Of a stretch of 64,000 nt of DNA, positions 1-12,565 are shown in pieces. Origin of the DNA: Lama glama (taxonomy: Eukaryota). The position numbers and the translations under genes are program-made. How positions within the stretch are numbered: the stretch's first letter is position 1; every line of letters begins with the position of its first letter. The DNA lies in contig CM052817.1 of assembly GCA_028534125.1 (NCBI GenBank), forward strand, positions 91,328,001-91,392,000, in the 5' to 3' direction. The notes beneath the pieces were generated by a model. The model was given only the letters and a program-made list of their open reading frames with translations, was not told the DNA's origin and searched no databases.

Positions 1-640
1 CCAGAAAAAAAGATACAGGAGAGAAAAGAGGACACTATTCAAAACTAGTACAGGAGGTCCAATATCAAATAATAGAAGTTCCAGAAAGAGAAAACGGGGG
101 GTTGAGGGGGAGGTTGGAAAGAAATGAAGGAACTCCAGAAAAATTTCCACTCAAAGGATATGAGCTGCCCATTTAAAAGGACCTACCAAGTGTTCAGTAT
201 AAACAAATTAAGGATGAGACCTACACTGAGGCACACCATGGTGAAATGTCACAAAACTAAGGACAAAAAGATTCTATACAATTCTTGAAAGAAAATACAG
301 GTCACAAACAAAGAATCAGAACTCAGACTTCAGTCATCTCAACAGTCATACTGGAAGGAAGAGGACACTGGGGCCATTTCTTCAAAATTATAAAGGAAAA
401 TTATTTCCAACCTGCAATTCTTCATCCAAATCATCTTATCAAAGAAGAATAAAGACATTTTCTCAGACATGAAAGATTTCAAAACATTTATCTTCTATGT
501 ATCTTTTCTCAAGAAGCAACTGGAGAGTGTATTCCATTTTTTTAAAAAGTATATTTTTAATAAAGACAACAACTTAGGATACCCAACAAGGGAGAGAGAT
601 AATGGTAATCTTAGGAGGAATGGACTGTGAAGAGATTCCA
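1..640 (+). mobile_element. Ancient L1 (L1M) ORF1-region remnant
   Basis: A-rich; L1 ORF1-like motifs (aataatagaagttccagaaagaga, gacctacactgaggcacaccatggtgaaa, aattatttccaacctgcaatt). Confidence 0.7.
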
Positions 641-2189
641 AGATACCAGATGTTCCCTGGATTTAAAGGGTAACTAGTTCCATTGGAGCAATGTGACCCC
701 TGATACAGCATGAGAAACTGTCATCATCAAGATAACCACTGCCACTGTTCCTAAAGGCAGAATGCCCAGATAAGCCTATTCTAGATATTTACTCATATTT
801 GGCTTGCCTTAATGTACCTACTCACTCCACCTTGCCTTGCTACCTGATCAGCTAAGAACACTCCTTTTCACCTCCCAGATGTGTTCCGCTTCGATCTATC
901 TTAAGTGTTGGAAGACTACAAAGAGCTTAGAAACCAAAAATAAAGAACAACACTCTTTCCACGTGACCAGATACCTGCTGAACAAACCTGCAATACTGGG
1001 TCCATACTGGACACTGCCAGATACCTAACCAAGACAGCCCTGTGTTTCCAAAATAACTCATTATATTGCTTACAGATTACTCAAGTAGAAACCCTTGAAG
1101 CTCAGTGAAACTGATGCCAGGCTAGTAAGTCTGTTTCCTGGAAGCCTTCATCTAACTATGGTAGTGCTGCCTTTCCTAATTCAGCGTAGTACAACTATTC
1201 ATTTTTTCAAAGTAAACAATGTGTTGTTTAGGAATATATCCACAAACAATAAAACTATAAAGAAAAGTAAAGGAATGAGAACACATAAGTCAAGATAATG
1301 GCACCTCTGGAGACAGGGGTGGGGATATAAGGTGGGGCACACTTAAGTATTCTCAAATACTGGTAATTTCTATTTTTTAACCGGAGTGATAGGTTACACG
1401 TCCTCTTATTATTCTTAAATTGAAATATATATATATATATTTTATATACTCTTCATTTTGTATGAAACATTGCATAACATTTTAAGATAAATTACAGAGA
1501 TACAGTGAATTTTAAAAAAGAAAGTACATGTTGAATATTAACATTGAATTTGCTATTCTGTATAAGGCAAAAAATGTAAGTCAAACTTTTTAATGTCAAA
1601 AAAAAATCTTTCCCACAAACTGGATGTACTGACAATGGACTCTTCATGCTTCTTGATCAGCTTTATAACCACAGCCTACAGGCTGCACCACCTAGCTATA
1701 CAACAGCTGTTAATGAGAAGCATGGGATACAGAAAGAGTGATGTCTCCACTCATTAGAAACTCAGAAAGCAACATCATAAGCACCTTTGAACTAGTATTG
1801 GTCCAAGCAATACATATTTTCTTTATATATAACCCAAGAAATTTTTAACTTTTTATTCTTTCAAAATCTAACAGTATTTTTAATAATAACATTAATCTGA
1901 GATTATTTTTTATTGTGAATTCCCCACTCCCACCGTACCAGTAGGAAATAAATCTAATTTGCTGAACTATGAAATACTTGATGACTAGAATTCTGTATAA
2001 GGCCAATTCCTTTATCTATACTCTCCTCCCCACCAACAAGGATTCTCCTCCCAACTCTTCTATCTCACACATCTTAGGTGGGTTTCATCCTATTTTAATA
2101 TTTCTGTGGTTCCTTGCCTTTAACCATAAAAAAGCAAAACTTTTTATTAAAAAAAGTCAACTCCTCTTTCTTTCAAATGAACTCTAGAT

Positions 2190-2760
2190 CTTTGCTTTTT
2201 AAGCAAAGATGTATACAATTCTCAAAAAGATAATCCAACTCCTTGACTCTCTATCTACATATACCTTATATTCTAGTCTACCACCTCACTGAAACTATTC
2301 TCTCAAAATGTCAATAAGGATCAAATTCTCTTTCAGTTTTCATCCTCCTTTACCTTTTGTGCAGACTAATACACTGACCATCACCTCATTTAAAAAATTA
2401 TTTCTTTCATCGTTTTTGTTCCCTTTCTACCACTCTGCTTTTAAGCATCTCCTGACTCTTTTTCCATTCCCAGTGACTTAAATACAGCCACATTACTAAG
2501 GTTCTATGCTCGGCATCTCCTTTCTTTTTACTCTATACTCTCTTCCCAGGCATGTCCACCCATTTTTATGGTTTCAAACAGCAACTCTAAACTAATTATT
2601 ACTAAATATTTATCTTCCACTCTGACTCATCTCCTGAACTCCAGAACCAAATTTTAAACTACCAACCAAACATCACAAGAATATTCAGCCAATACTTCAA
2701 ACTTAACGTGCCTAAATGGAATAAATTATCAACATCTCTCCCTGTTCCCCCAACCCTTTG
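2190..2760 (+). mobile_element. L2 fragment
   Basis: C/T-rich L2-like motifs (cactgaaactattctctcaaa, catctcctgaactccaga, caaacttaacgtgcctaaa). Confidence 0.6.
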
Positions 2761-3098
2761 TTCTTCCTTAAACCTCAATTTATTCACACTCAATAAAGAG
2801 GTTATAAGAATATTCATACCTCACAAAGGCCCTTAAAAATCAAATAACACAAAGTACTTAACACAGTGTCTAGCACAGAAGTACTCAATTAGTGATATCT
2901 ATCATTATATTGTAACAGTCACAGTATTCAAACCTACTACTTGCTCCCAACTTTGGAGGACATTTTTTCACACTACAATCAGATTTATTTATATTACTTC
3001 TCTGTACAAAAAGCTTTCACGAGTCCCCTTTCTAAAAGGAAAGGTGAACATACTTGTGTTTTTTTTAGCACTCTGTGAAGTATAACTCTCAACCTAGC

Positions 3099-3525
3099 TG
3101 TTAAGGGTTGAATTGGGCCCTTCAAAAGATGCTGATATCCTGACCTCCAAAATCTGTGAATCTGAGCTGATACAGAAATAGAGCCTTTGCAGATGATCCA
3201 GTTACAATGAGATCATTAGGATGAGCCCTAATCCAATATGACCGTGTCTTTATAAAAAGGGGAAATCTGGACACAGAAAGACACGTACGGTGGGAAGATA
3301 CTGTAAAGACACAGAGAGAACAACATCCACAAGCCAAAGAACACCTGAAACTACCAAAAGCAAGGAGAGAAGCATGGAAGAGATTCTCTCCCCCAGCTCT
3401 CAGAACCAACCCTGCCAGAACTTAATTTCAAACTTCTAGTCTCCAGAACTGATACAGTAAACATCTACTGTTTAAGCCATCAGTTTATGATACTTTATTA
3501 CAGCAGCCCCAATAAACTAATATAC
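3099..3525 (+). mobile_element. MaLR LTR (MLT1B/C-like)
   Basis: tgttaagggttgaattg start, gccctaatccaatatgacc, ctgtttaagcca, aaactaatatac end. Confidence 0.85.
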
Positions 3526-4330
3526 CACTTTTACAGCCTTTTTTCCTACATTACTTCTCTCAGCTAGCTGATTACTTGCTTTGCTCCTATTTCTCAAAAG
3601 TAAAAGCTTCCCTGACTTTTGCTTGTGTTCATTTTGTAGCCTGAAATTACCTTCCATTGCTTGTACAAATCTTTTTCACTCACTAAGGGCCAAGTTCCAG
3701 GAGTCTTCTATAATCCCCCAATCTGAGTCAATTTTCCCATCCCAAATACTTCTAGAACAAGTTGTTTGACTATAATTACCACTGTGCATTATCCTGTATT
3801 ATAATTACCTGTTTACATAGCCAACTCCTTGACAAGACAGTAAGATGATTGGGAGCAAGAGTCCACATCTTAGTCAATTTTTATATCCTTCCAACAACAT
3901 GCACTTCATATAAACTGAATTGGCATTTAAGTATTTGTAGCTAGGTTCAAAGAATGATAAAGCTTAATGAATTTTAATATTAACATATATTCACAAATCC
4001 AACATTTGCTAATCTATGATTGCAAGTAACTTCATGAGCTTTTTTCCTGTCAAATGATAGGGACCAGAGGCTACTGCATACAGATAGGCAGATAATTACT
4101 GCTTTGTACTGTACAGAGGAGTTAGCTATTTTCACTGGAGAAAGGGTGGAAAAGAAAAGAATTAGAAGTCTTTGTTTTATAATAATATAGTAAAAACTTA
4201 CACAACTTCTAGGTCATTTTATTCAGGATCACCATACTCTTGCTCAAGTCTTCAAAATATGCAATAATTAAAATGCATGAAATCTAGATTCAGCAGGTCT
4301 TGGTACAACCTACCTAGTTCTCCATAAGAG

Positions 4331-4512
4331 AAGGTTGTCACACTTAGCAAATAAAAACACAAGATACCCAGTTAAATTTAAATTTCAGATAAATAATAAA
4401 TAATAAGTATAAGAATGCCCATGCAATATTTGGGACATACTTAGAAAGTTATTTGTTGTTTATCTGAAATTCAAATTTAACTGGACAGCCTATATTTTAC
4501 CTGGCAATCCTA
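4331..4512. mobile_element. MER53-like palindromic hAT MITE
   Basis: Long inverted arms ccagttaaatttaaatttcagataaa / tttatctgaaattcaaatttaactgg; ends aggttgtca...tggcaatccta. Confidence 0.88.
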
Positions 4513-5184
4513 CCAAGCACTTGTAGTACTCAGAAACTTCCTTTCAAGGAGAGCAATTCTTAAAGAGGCAAGACAAACGCAATAAGGCAGTGTTCACCTA
4601 TGAAATACTTTTATAATGCACTCAAGTCACTGCTCTCCAGATACCAAGTTTCCAAAGACAAATATACCATAAAATGACTGAAGGCAGTGGTACTGTAATC
4701 CTTTTATCACTCTATGTTAGAAATACACTGAAAGACATGAAATTCAGGAATACATTAAAAATACAGACTTCTGTTTCACATTTTTTCTTTTGTGACAGAG
4801 TAAGGTCACCTTCAAAGCCTTATCAAAAATGAAACAGAGTGTGGTAGGCACTGGAGGACTAATCGCCTCCCAATTGTTTACCCCCAGAAGCCGTTTCAAA
4901 TAAATATGTCACTAAAATAAAAACAGTGTGCTTGCTAAGCACAGTTTTAAGACAACCAAGATGTTCCCTAACCAAGATGTTCATAATGAAAAGAAGGAAA
5001 ATATATTCATCAGAAATGGACTGAATATTTATGCATTTTTTTCATTTTAAAATAACAAATGAACAATGACAAAAACAAAAACACCCAAACAAACCCTTAA
5101 AGTATATAGGAGTAATTTAAAAATAAATACCATTTGCATAATAGAAAACTTGTTGGATAATCTATCTCAACAGATAAATGTTAC

Positions 5185-7290
5185 TTATTTTGAATCAACT
5201 TTACCTAGGTATATTTATATAAATGAAATGTATCCATTTTAAGTATACAGTTCTATGGATTTCCACAGATGTAGACATCCTTGTAACTAGCACCACAATC
5301 AAGAAACAGAATACTCCTATCACCCCAGGATGCTCCCTTGTACCCCCTAAACCAGTCAAATTCTCACAGCCACCATCACATCACCACCTACTCCCCCACC
5401 ATCCACCTACATGGGCAACCACCAATCTCTTTATTCCTGTAAGTATACCTTTTCTAAAATTTCATATATATGAATTCAGCAGCTTGTGCTCTTTCGTATC
5501 TGAGTTCTTTAAATTAGCAAAATCCTAAGATTTATACATGCAGTTGCATGCATCTGTAGTTCATTTCTTTGTATTGCTGAGAATTCCACTATATGGATAG
5601 ACTTGTCTTTATATGGCTGTAAATGCTCCTATTAACGTCCTACTATCCTCCTCCCTTCCTTTCCACTCCATATTTACCTACAAATCAGATTACCAGATCA
5701 TACGGTAATTGTACATTTAATTTTAAAAGAAATGTCAAATTATTTTCCAAAGTGGTTACATTCCCACTAGCAATGTATGAGAGTTCCAATTGTTCTACAT
5801 CCTCCCCAAACATGCTATCACTCTGCAATTTTTGCCATTCTGTGTAAGTATACAAGTATCTCCTTGGGTTTTGACTTTGCATTTCCCTGATGGCTAATAA
5901 TGGGCATTTTTAAGTGTGTTCATCAGCCATTCACATATTTATCTGTTCAAATTTCTTTCCCATTTTAATGGATTATCTCCAACTTATTATTATATATAAT
6001 CCAAATATAAGTCCTTTTATATATTCTGAATATAGGTATATGTATTATTTTTTTTCCAATCTTTTGTTTGCCTTTCCATTTTCTTAATGGGTTGTTTTTT
6101 AAAGAGTAGAAGCTTTTAATTTAAATGAAGTTCAATTCATTTTTTCTTTTAAAGCTCATGTTCTTTGTGTTCAATTACCTATTTTAAGGTTGAGAAAATA
6201 CTGTTTTCTTCCAAAAATTTCATTTAAACATTTAATTCTATAATCAATTTTGAGTTAGTCATTGTGTACAATGTGAGAAAGGATCACAGTTCATTTATTT
6301 GCTTATGAATATCCACTAGTTCCACCATCATCTATTAAAAACTCTATCCTTTCTCCACTGAATTACATTCACACCGTTAACAAAAATCAATCAGATTTAT
6401 GTGGGTCTGTGATTTCCACTAAACTACAAGTCTGTCAGTATACTAACACAACACTGTCTCAATTGCTGGATCTTTATAGTAAGTCTTTAAAACAGGTGAG
6501 CCCTCCAACTTTGCTCTTAGCACCATAAGTCTTCCAATCCATACACGTGGTATATCTCTTCATTTACTCAGGTCTTTAATTCAAGTCTTTAATTCACTGC
6601 TGATTTATTCAGTGCTTTGTAGTTTTCTATGTACAGATTGCTTATTTCATTAAACTTAACCTTTTGGTATTTTGCTGCTGGTAAATAGTCTTGCTTTTTA
6701 AATTTCATTTTCAATTGCATTTTCCTAGAATATGTAAATACAATTATTTTTACATATTCACCTATCCTACATTTATTTATTAGTTCTAACAGTTGTGTAG
6801 ATGTGTTAGTAATTTCTATGCACACAACTATATCATTTAGAAATAAAGACAGTTTTATTTCTTATTTTCCAATCTGTAAGTCTTTTATTTCTCTTGCCCT
6901 GTAGCAACGCTGCCAGTGTGATGTTGAATAGAAGTGGTAACAGCAGACATCCTTGCTTTGCTATCAACCTTAAAGGGAAAACATTTAGCCTTTCACCAGT
7001 AAGTGTGATGCTGACGTGGGTTTTTTCAAATGACGCACTTATCAGGTTGAGGAAGTTGCCCTTTATTACTAGTTTAGGGAATCTGTATAATAGGTTTTGA
7101 AGTTTGGCAAATGGGCTTTCTATGGCTACTGACAGGATCACATGATTTTTCCTTTTTCCTTTTTCCTTTCCTTGTATGTCTCCCAGTTGAGACATATGAT
7201 CCCTTTTATATGCTGCTGGATTTGACTGCTAGTATCTTATCAAGAATGTTTCTTTTCTATGTTCATGAATATTGGTTTGTAGTTTTCCTT
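5185..7290 (-). mobile_element. Ancient L1 (3'UTR and ORF2 3' half), degenerate
   Basis: T-rich strand. ORF 6833-7195(-) contains L1 RT-like text (GERLNVFPLRLIAKQGCLLLPLLFNITL). Confidence 0.85.
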
Positions 7291-7554
7291 TTCTTATTTT
7301 TTCACATTTTTTTTCTGTTCTCTCCTCTCATTCTGAGACTCCAATTACATTATGTCAGACAACTTGATATTGTGCCACAGGAAACCAAGTCTCTATTCTT
7401 TTTTTTTTCCCCAGTTTTTCTGTGTGCTTCATAATGTAGTTTTTATTACCCACTTCAAATTCACTTATCTTTTCTTCTGCAATACCTATTTTTAATCCTA
7501 TGCAGTGAATTTTTCTTTTCAGATCGTATATATTTCATGTCTAAAAGTTTTATT

Positions 7555-7686
7555 GGGGGGGAGGTTATAGCTCAAATGGTAGAGTGCATGCTTAGCATGT
7601 ATGAGGTCCTGAGTTCAATCCCATTATTTCCTCTAAGAATAAATAAATAAGTAAATCTAATTAAATCCTCCCATCTGAAAAAAAAA
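7555..7686 (+). mobile_element. tRNA-derived SINE (camelid Vic-1-like)
   Basis: GGGGAGG.TATAGCTCA..TGGTAGAG A-box, GAGTTCAATCC B-box, A-rich tail, imperfect TSD aaaagtttYatt. Inserted in an old L1. Confidence 0.9.
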
Positions 7687-8526
7687 GTTTCATTTTGTTC
7701 TTTCATATCTTTTATGCCTCTACTCTCAGGTTCATGCTTTCTTTTAAGTTCTTGAGCATATTTATAACAGCTCTCTTGAAATCTAATTTCATCATATTAT
7801 TTGTATTTCTATTTTCACTGACAATTTTTTTCTTCAAGTTACATAATGATTGTATTATTCCTGCTTCCTTGCATTTAACATGAATGGGTGTTACATACGT
7901 AAATTTTACATTGTTGGGTACAATTTACACATTGTTGTCTTATTTTAATAATGTTTACTATGACAGTTATATTATGGATCAGCTTTCAAAGTCTATTTTT
8001 AAAACTTTTTAGAGCAAGTTTGGACTACCCTTTATTCTAGGGCTAGTTTAGCTCTATTGTAAGACATGTCCCCTCTGGAGTCTCTAATGAATGCCCTGGA
8101 CAATTAACAAGGACTCTCTAACTGGCTGGAACTCTAATACGTCCCAGCCCTGGGTGAACTCTGTAGATTATTTTCTGTAAATTATTGAGTTTATACCTTT
8201 CTGGTCATTCTTTGCCTGGCTTCTTAGAGTTTCACACTACACTCGGGCAGCTCTTTTAACTAAAGACAACGGGACTCCAAGGCTGAGTTTTTTATATTCT
8301 TTCTCTGACCAGCTTCTTCCTCTCAAATACTCTTGAGTCCTCAAAGTGGTTCCATTAGCCTCTCCAATTCCAAAGTCTGTTTCCTCAATTCAGTGAGACC
8401 ATGACACTCTGCTTGGATTCCTCCTTCTCTCACTGTGGTTCAGAAAGGGCTCCAAGAAATAAGTCAGTACAGTCACTTCTCTTTCCTCAGGAAGCACAGT
8501 CTTGTGCTGCCTGCCCATTGTCCAAC

Positions 8527-8789
8527 TGTCTTGGTCCATTCGTGCTGCTGTAACAAAATACCAGACTACAAGGCCCTCTTCCAGGTCAGATTTCTTGTTG
8601 AATCCTCACATGGTAGAAGGGGCAAGGGATCTCTCTGAAGCCTTTTATAAAAGCACTAATCCCATTCATAAGGGTTCCTCCCTCATGACCTAATTCCTCC
8701 CAAAGGCCCTATTACTTGACACCATCATCTTTGGAGATTAGGATTCAACATATGAATTTTGAAGGGTCACAAACCTTCAGACCATAGCA
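8527..8789 (-). mobile_element. MaLR LTR (MLT1A-like, internally deleted)
   Basis: tgtcttggtccatt...gctgctgtaacaaaatacca...cactaatcccattcat...ttcagaccatagca, flanked by ccaac/ccaat. Confidence 0.85.
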
Positions 8790-9029
8790 CCAATGTTTCC
8801 AAACTATGGTTTCATATGTTTTGTTCATTTTCCTAGTTATTTACGGTAGGAGTATAAATCTGGTCTCAGTTACTCCATCACAATCAAAAGTGAAAGAATT
8901 CCCAATCTTATTTGTCTGGAAGAAGATGCCCTCTAAAACTTCCATTCATTTTGTTTTTGAAAATAATACTTAAATCCTTTTTCATTTTTTTCTGCATTAA
9001 TTCCCCATTTCTATGAGACCTACTTACAT

Positions 9030-9990
9030 TTCCTATTCAAAAGTTGCTCTGGCTATTCCTACATGTTTACTCTTCCATACAGTCTTTAGGCCAATATAAT
9101 CAGTTTCCCCCAAACTTGCCCTAATATTTGATAGAGATAGAATTAAATATATGGATTAATTGGAGGAAATTGACATCCTCCACAATATTGACCCTTCCCA
9201 TTTCTCTTATTCAAGTACAAAGTTTATCTTTGTTTATTAAAGTCTACTTCAGTATCATTAATTTTCTTCAAACAAGTCCTACATATTTTTTACATGTATT
9301 CCTCACTACCTTATATTTTTTGTTAATTTTCTGAAAGAGATCCTATTTTCCATGATCTCTTCTAACCAGTTTTCTTACGAAAGAAAGTTAAGTATTTTAA
9401 ATGTTAATTTTGTACTCAAACTCCCAGGCACTCTTATTAATTCTAATGGCTTTTCATGGATTCCTTTTGGTTTTCCCAGGTAGAGAATCATATTATCTGC
9501 AAATAATAATTTGGTCTTCTTCATAGTATTTACGTATTTTATCTTGCATGATTACAGGAAAATATTAAATAATAGTAATGGCAGTGCCCAATCTGATCTT
9601 CTTTTCAATTTTAAAGGAAATTCTCCAGTCATTCACCAGTAAACAGGGTTCTGGCTTGATTTGTAACAGTTTCTTTTTTAAATAATGTTAAGGAAATATA
9701 CATCCAAATTTATATTATTTAAGTTTTTATCAGGACGGACACTGAATTTCGTAAAATCCTATTTCATTAAGTATTTTATCCCTACTAACATATCATATGT
9801 CATATTAGTAGGAACATGTATTACATTAATGGTTTTCTTAATATTGAATTATCTTTGTGTATCTAAATCCTATTTGGTAATTGGATTTTTTAATATATGA
9901 CTACATTTTATAAATTTATTACTATTTTATGATTTTTGTACTTAACAATCCTTAGTAAGATTGTAGTTTACTTTTTTTTGTATCTTTGTC
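9030..9990 (-). mobile_element. Ancient L1 ORF2 fragment
   Basis: gattaattggaggaaattgacatcctccacaatattgacccttcc and atcatattatctgcaaataataat motifs. Confidence 0.7.
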
Positions 9991-10324
9991 AGAAATAGAA
10001 TTTTTCTAATTTTATAAAATGTATTACTTTTATAATCAGGAATAAAATTATAAAAAATAAAGCCTAAAAATCACTAATGGACTCTCCAAACGCCCACCAC
10101 TTTTTAAATATTTATTTTTTCCTTCAGATTCTGGAGCTATGGTAATTAACTCCTGACAGGTCACTTTTTTCCACCCTACCCTACATTTTAGAGTATAGGT
10201 ATTATAGATATGTATTATAAATTTATTCCTAAATAGTTGCTTTTAGACAAAATTCTCTTTCAAATACCACTATCTCCAAAACTCCCTTTGAAAATTAGAA
10301 GGTATTTCAGATACTAGTGGTTTT

Positions 10325-10586
10325 CTTCCTTCTAGGAATTCTCTTCCCCAAATGTTTCTATAGCCCAATCCCTTACTTTATTTAGATCTAAACTAATATG
10401 CCACCTCTTCAGAGAAGCCTTCTCTGTCCACCCTAATTAAAATATCCCTACTATCTCTCCACTCATCTCCAGCCCTGATTTATTCTTCATAGCCATTCTG
10501 AAATACTTTATCCCCAGTGTCTAGAGAAATATCTGACACACAGTAAACGGTCAATTAATATTTGTTGAAGGAAGAAATGAATGAAA
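10325..10586 (+). mobile_element. L2 3' end
   Basis: cacctcttcagagaagccttc motif; ends aatatttgttgaaggaagaaatgaatgaa. Confidence 0.7.
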
Positions 10587-11842
10587 GAGGGTACCCACAT
10601 GGTATAATTTGAAGAAAAGTCCTCAAGAATAGTTTCCTCCTTTCTGGTGCCACACTACCTAAAATTCCTGTGACCACCTTATAAGGCTACCAAATAAATC
10701 ATTAGCCAATAATGCTTTAGTAAAATTATTTCACTTATCAGATTCTTTCTTCCAAAATAATCAGTTTTTCAAGCCATGAACTCTTAGGGTTGCATACAAA
10801 TGAAGGAAAATATAGAATCTTCCAGAAACAAACTGTTACACTCTTTTTTCCCATAATAGCAGTATCCAATCAGCACAAGGTAAATATACTCTGCCTACTG
10901 TTCTTAGCAGCTCCCTCTACAGAATTAAAAACCAAAAGAGTAAAACCATGGGACAAAAGAGAAAGCACTTGAAGAAGCAATCATTGGTCTGGGTGATGTA
11001 GAAGGCAATGGAAGTTCCCTAAACTCCCTCATTTCTTTGGTGAATCATACCTGGAAGTGATCATGCGGAAAGTGAATCTTTAAGAAAAAAGTAGAAATTG
11101 ATAGAGAATAAAGCATGTCCTTTAGCTGTGGGCTTCTCTTAATGGACTTTGAACCAGTTTTAGATTCAAATACAACAGTAACATTTAAGTTATCAAGTCT
11201 ATTGAAAACAAAGGAAAAGTACCTTCACTTTACCCCCTTCCCACTGAATTTACCATAGCCATCTTTGAAGACTGAAGACACCAAGCAAGCAAGAAAAAGA
11301 ATCCAAACTCCAGAACACAAAACCTGATGTCCTAACTCATTTCTCAGCCGTGTCACTCTACCACTGTGTTGGTACTAAGTACCAGTAACAGCAGTGTCTT
11401 TCACAGAATACAGAAAAAATAGGTTTTTTAAATACAACAAACTCTCCATTTTCCCATCTTATCTCTGACCAAATATTTGTCCTTTATTGTGCAGCATTAT
11501 TATATTTTAATTTAGATTCTTCCCAATATTCAGTCTTCACTGAATGGTGGGAACAGAAGCCAGGCCCTGTGGAAGTCCATATATTTCTGGTACTGTTATT
11601 TTTCAACTCCCATCTCTTATTCTTTACTGTTCTCAATAACAGGAAAATAACCAAATATGCTAATGATGCAAAATTCTTCAAGTAAAAAATTTCAAAAACT
11701 GAGTTTCTTTTCTGATTTATAAATTACCTAAATTCTTAAGTATATAATATATGATTAAAATATGATGAATTTCCAGGCTGAATTAGATGTAAAAACAAAG
11801 ATAACAATTAAAGGAGATACAAAATTCTAAATGAAAATGAAT

Positions 11843-11947
11843 GAGGGGCGGGTATAGCTCAGTAGTAGAGTGCATGCTCAGCACAAGTTCCTGGGTTCAA
11901 TCCCCAGTACCACCATTAAAAATACGTAAATAAATAAAACATAAATT
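11843..11947 (+). mobile_element. tRNA-derived SINE (Vic-1-like)
   Basis: A/B boxes, A-rich tail, TSD aaaatgaat. Confidence 0.9.
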
Positions 11948-12326
11948 AAAATGAATCTTATTTAGTTATTTAGGTACAGCGTATAACTATGCACTCTAAA
12001 ATCCCAAACAACGGATTTTATCAAGATTTTCGATCTCTCTCTCAACTAATACTACCATGCTCTTTCTTTCAATATTTTCCTCCCGGTTCAATCCAATCAA
12101 TATATGTATGTTCCAACAACTCAAGCAACTCAGACCCAGCAATACCTTCCCTCAACCTTCTATTACCTATGTATAGTAATAAACCTCATGGACACATGAC
12201 ATACATGTACAGTTTCATGCACTGTACATTTCTACTCTCAAATACCTGTTTTCCATTAAATTCAAAATTACTTCATGCATTGACTTCTATGAATAAAACA
12301 GAAATGAAATATATTAGATGCCTAAC

Positions 12327-12398
12327 CTCTTGATTTTCTACTCCATTGCTGGAAAGCTCCAAAATAGAACCTCCACTGTGAACCACTGCTGATGTCAT
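12327..12398 (-). CDS. ELF2: ELF2 (E74-like ETS factor 2 / NERF) first coding segment, 24 codons: MTSAVVHSGGSILELSSNGVENQE
   Basis: Manual translation of the minus strand from ATG at 12398. It matches the recalled human long-isoform N-terminus MTSAVVDSGGTILELSSNGVENQE. It ends at a phase-0 donor GAG|GTTAGG. An in-frame TAA lies two codons upstream of the ATG. Confidence 0.96.
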
Positions 12399-12565
12399 TG
12401 TTTATTCCCTGAGGAAGCTTCAAATGCTATTAATCAATGTAATTAAAGGTTCATGGATGATTGCCAGTATTACAGGTTTGCATTATCATGTTTTAAAAGT
12501 CAATAGAAGTGGAGTAGAGTAGATATCCAGAAATCCAGTCTTCTAAAGATGATTAACCAGAAAGC
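12327..12565 (-). other. ELF2: ELF2 exon 3 (239 nt: 167 nt 5'UTR + 72 nt CDS)
   Basis: Acceptor ttcttcccttttttag|GCTTTC at 12566/12565 and donor GAG|gttagg at 12327/12326. Confidence 0.9.

Larger units (their letters stand above)
7300..8880 (-). mobile_element. Ancient L1 5'/ORF1-region remnant, interrupted by a SINE and an MLT1A
   Basis: Motifs such as ttctgagactccaattacattatgtcagac and cttcaaattcacttatcttttcttctgc. Confidence 0.6.

Noticed and set aside
4954..4982. Short direct repeat aaccaagatgttc x2 (similar: tagttctcatgtt x2 at 20891-20917)
   Set aside because: Two-copy micro-duplications typical of slippage; no array or spacer structure, so not CRISPR-like.
6833..7195. ORF with reverse-transcriptase-like text
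   Set aside because: Degenerate L1 ORF2 remnant with stops and frameshifts on both sides; not an intact RT or a novel retroelement system.
1..12326. Next ELF2 coding exon (expected to begin ESEKVSEYPAVIVEP)
   Set aside because: I could not find it by eye on the minus strand; it probably lies beyond the left edge.
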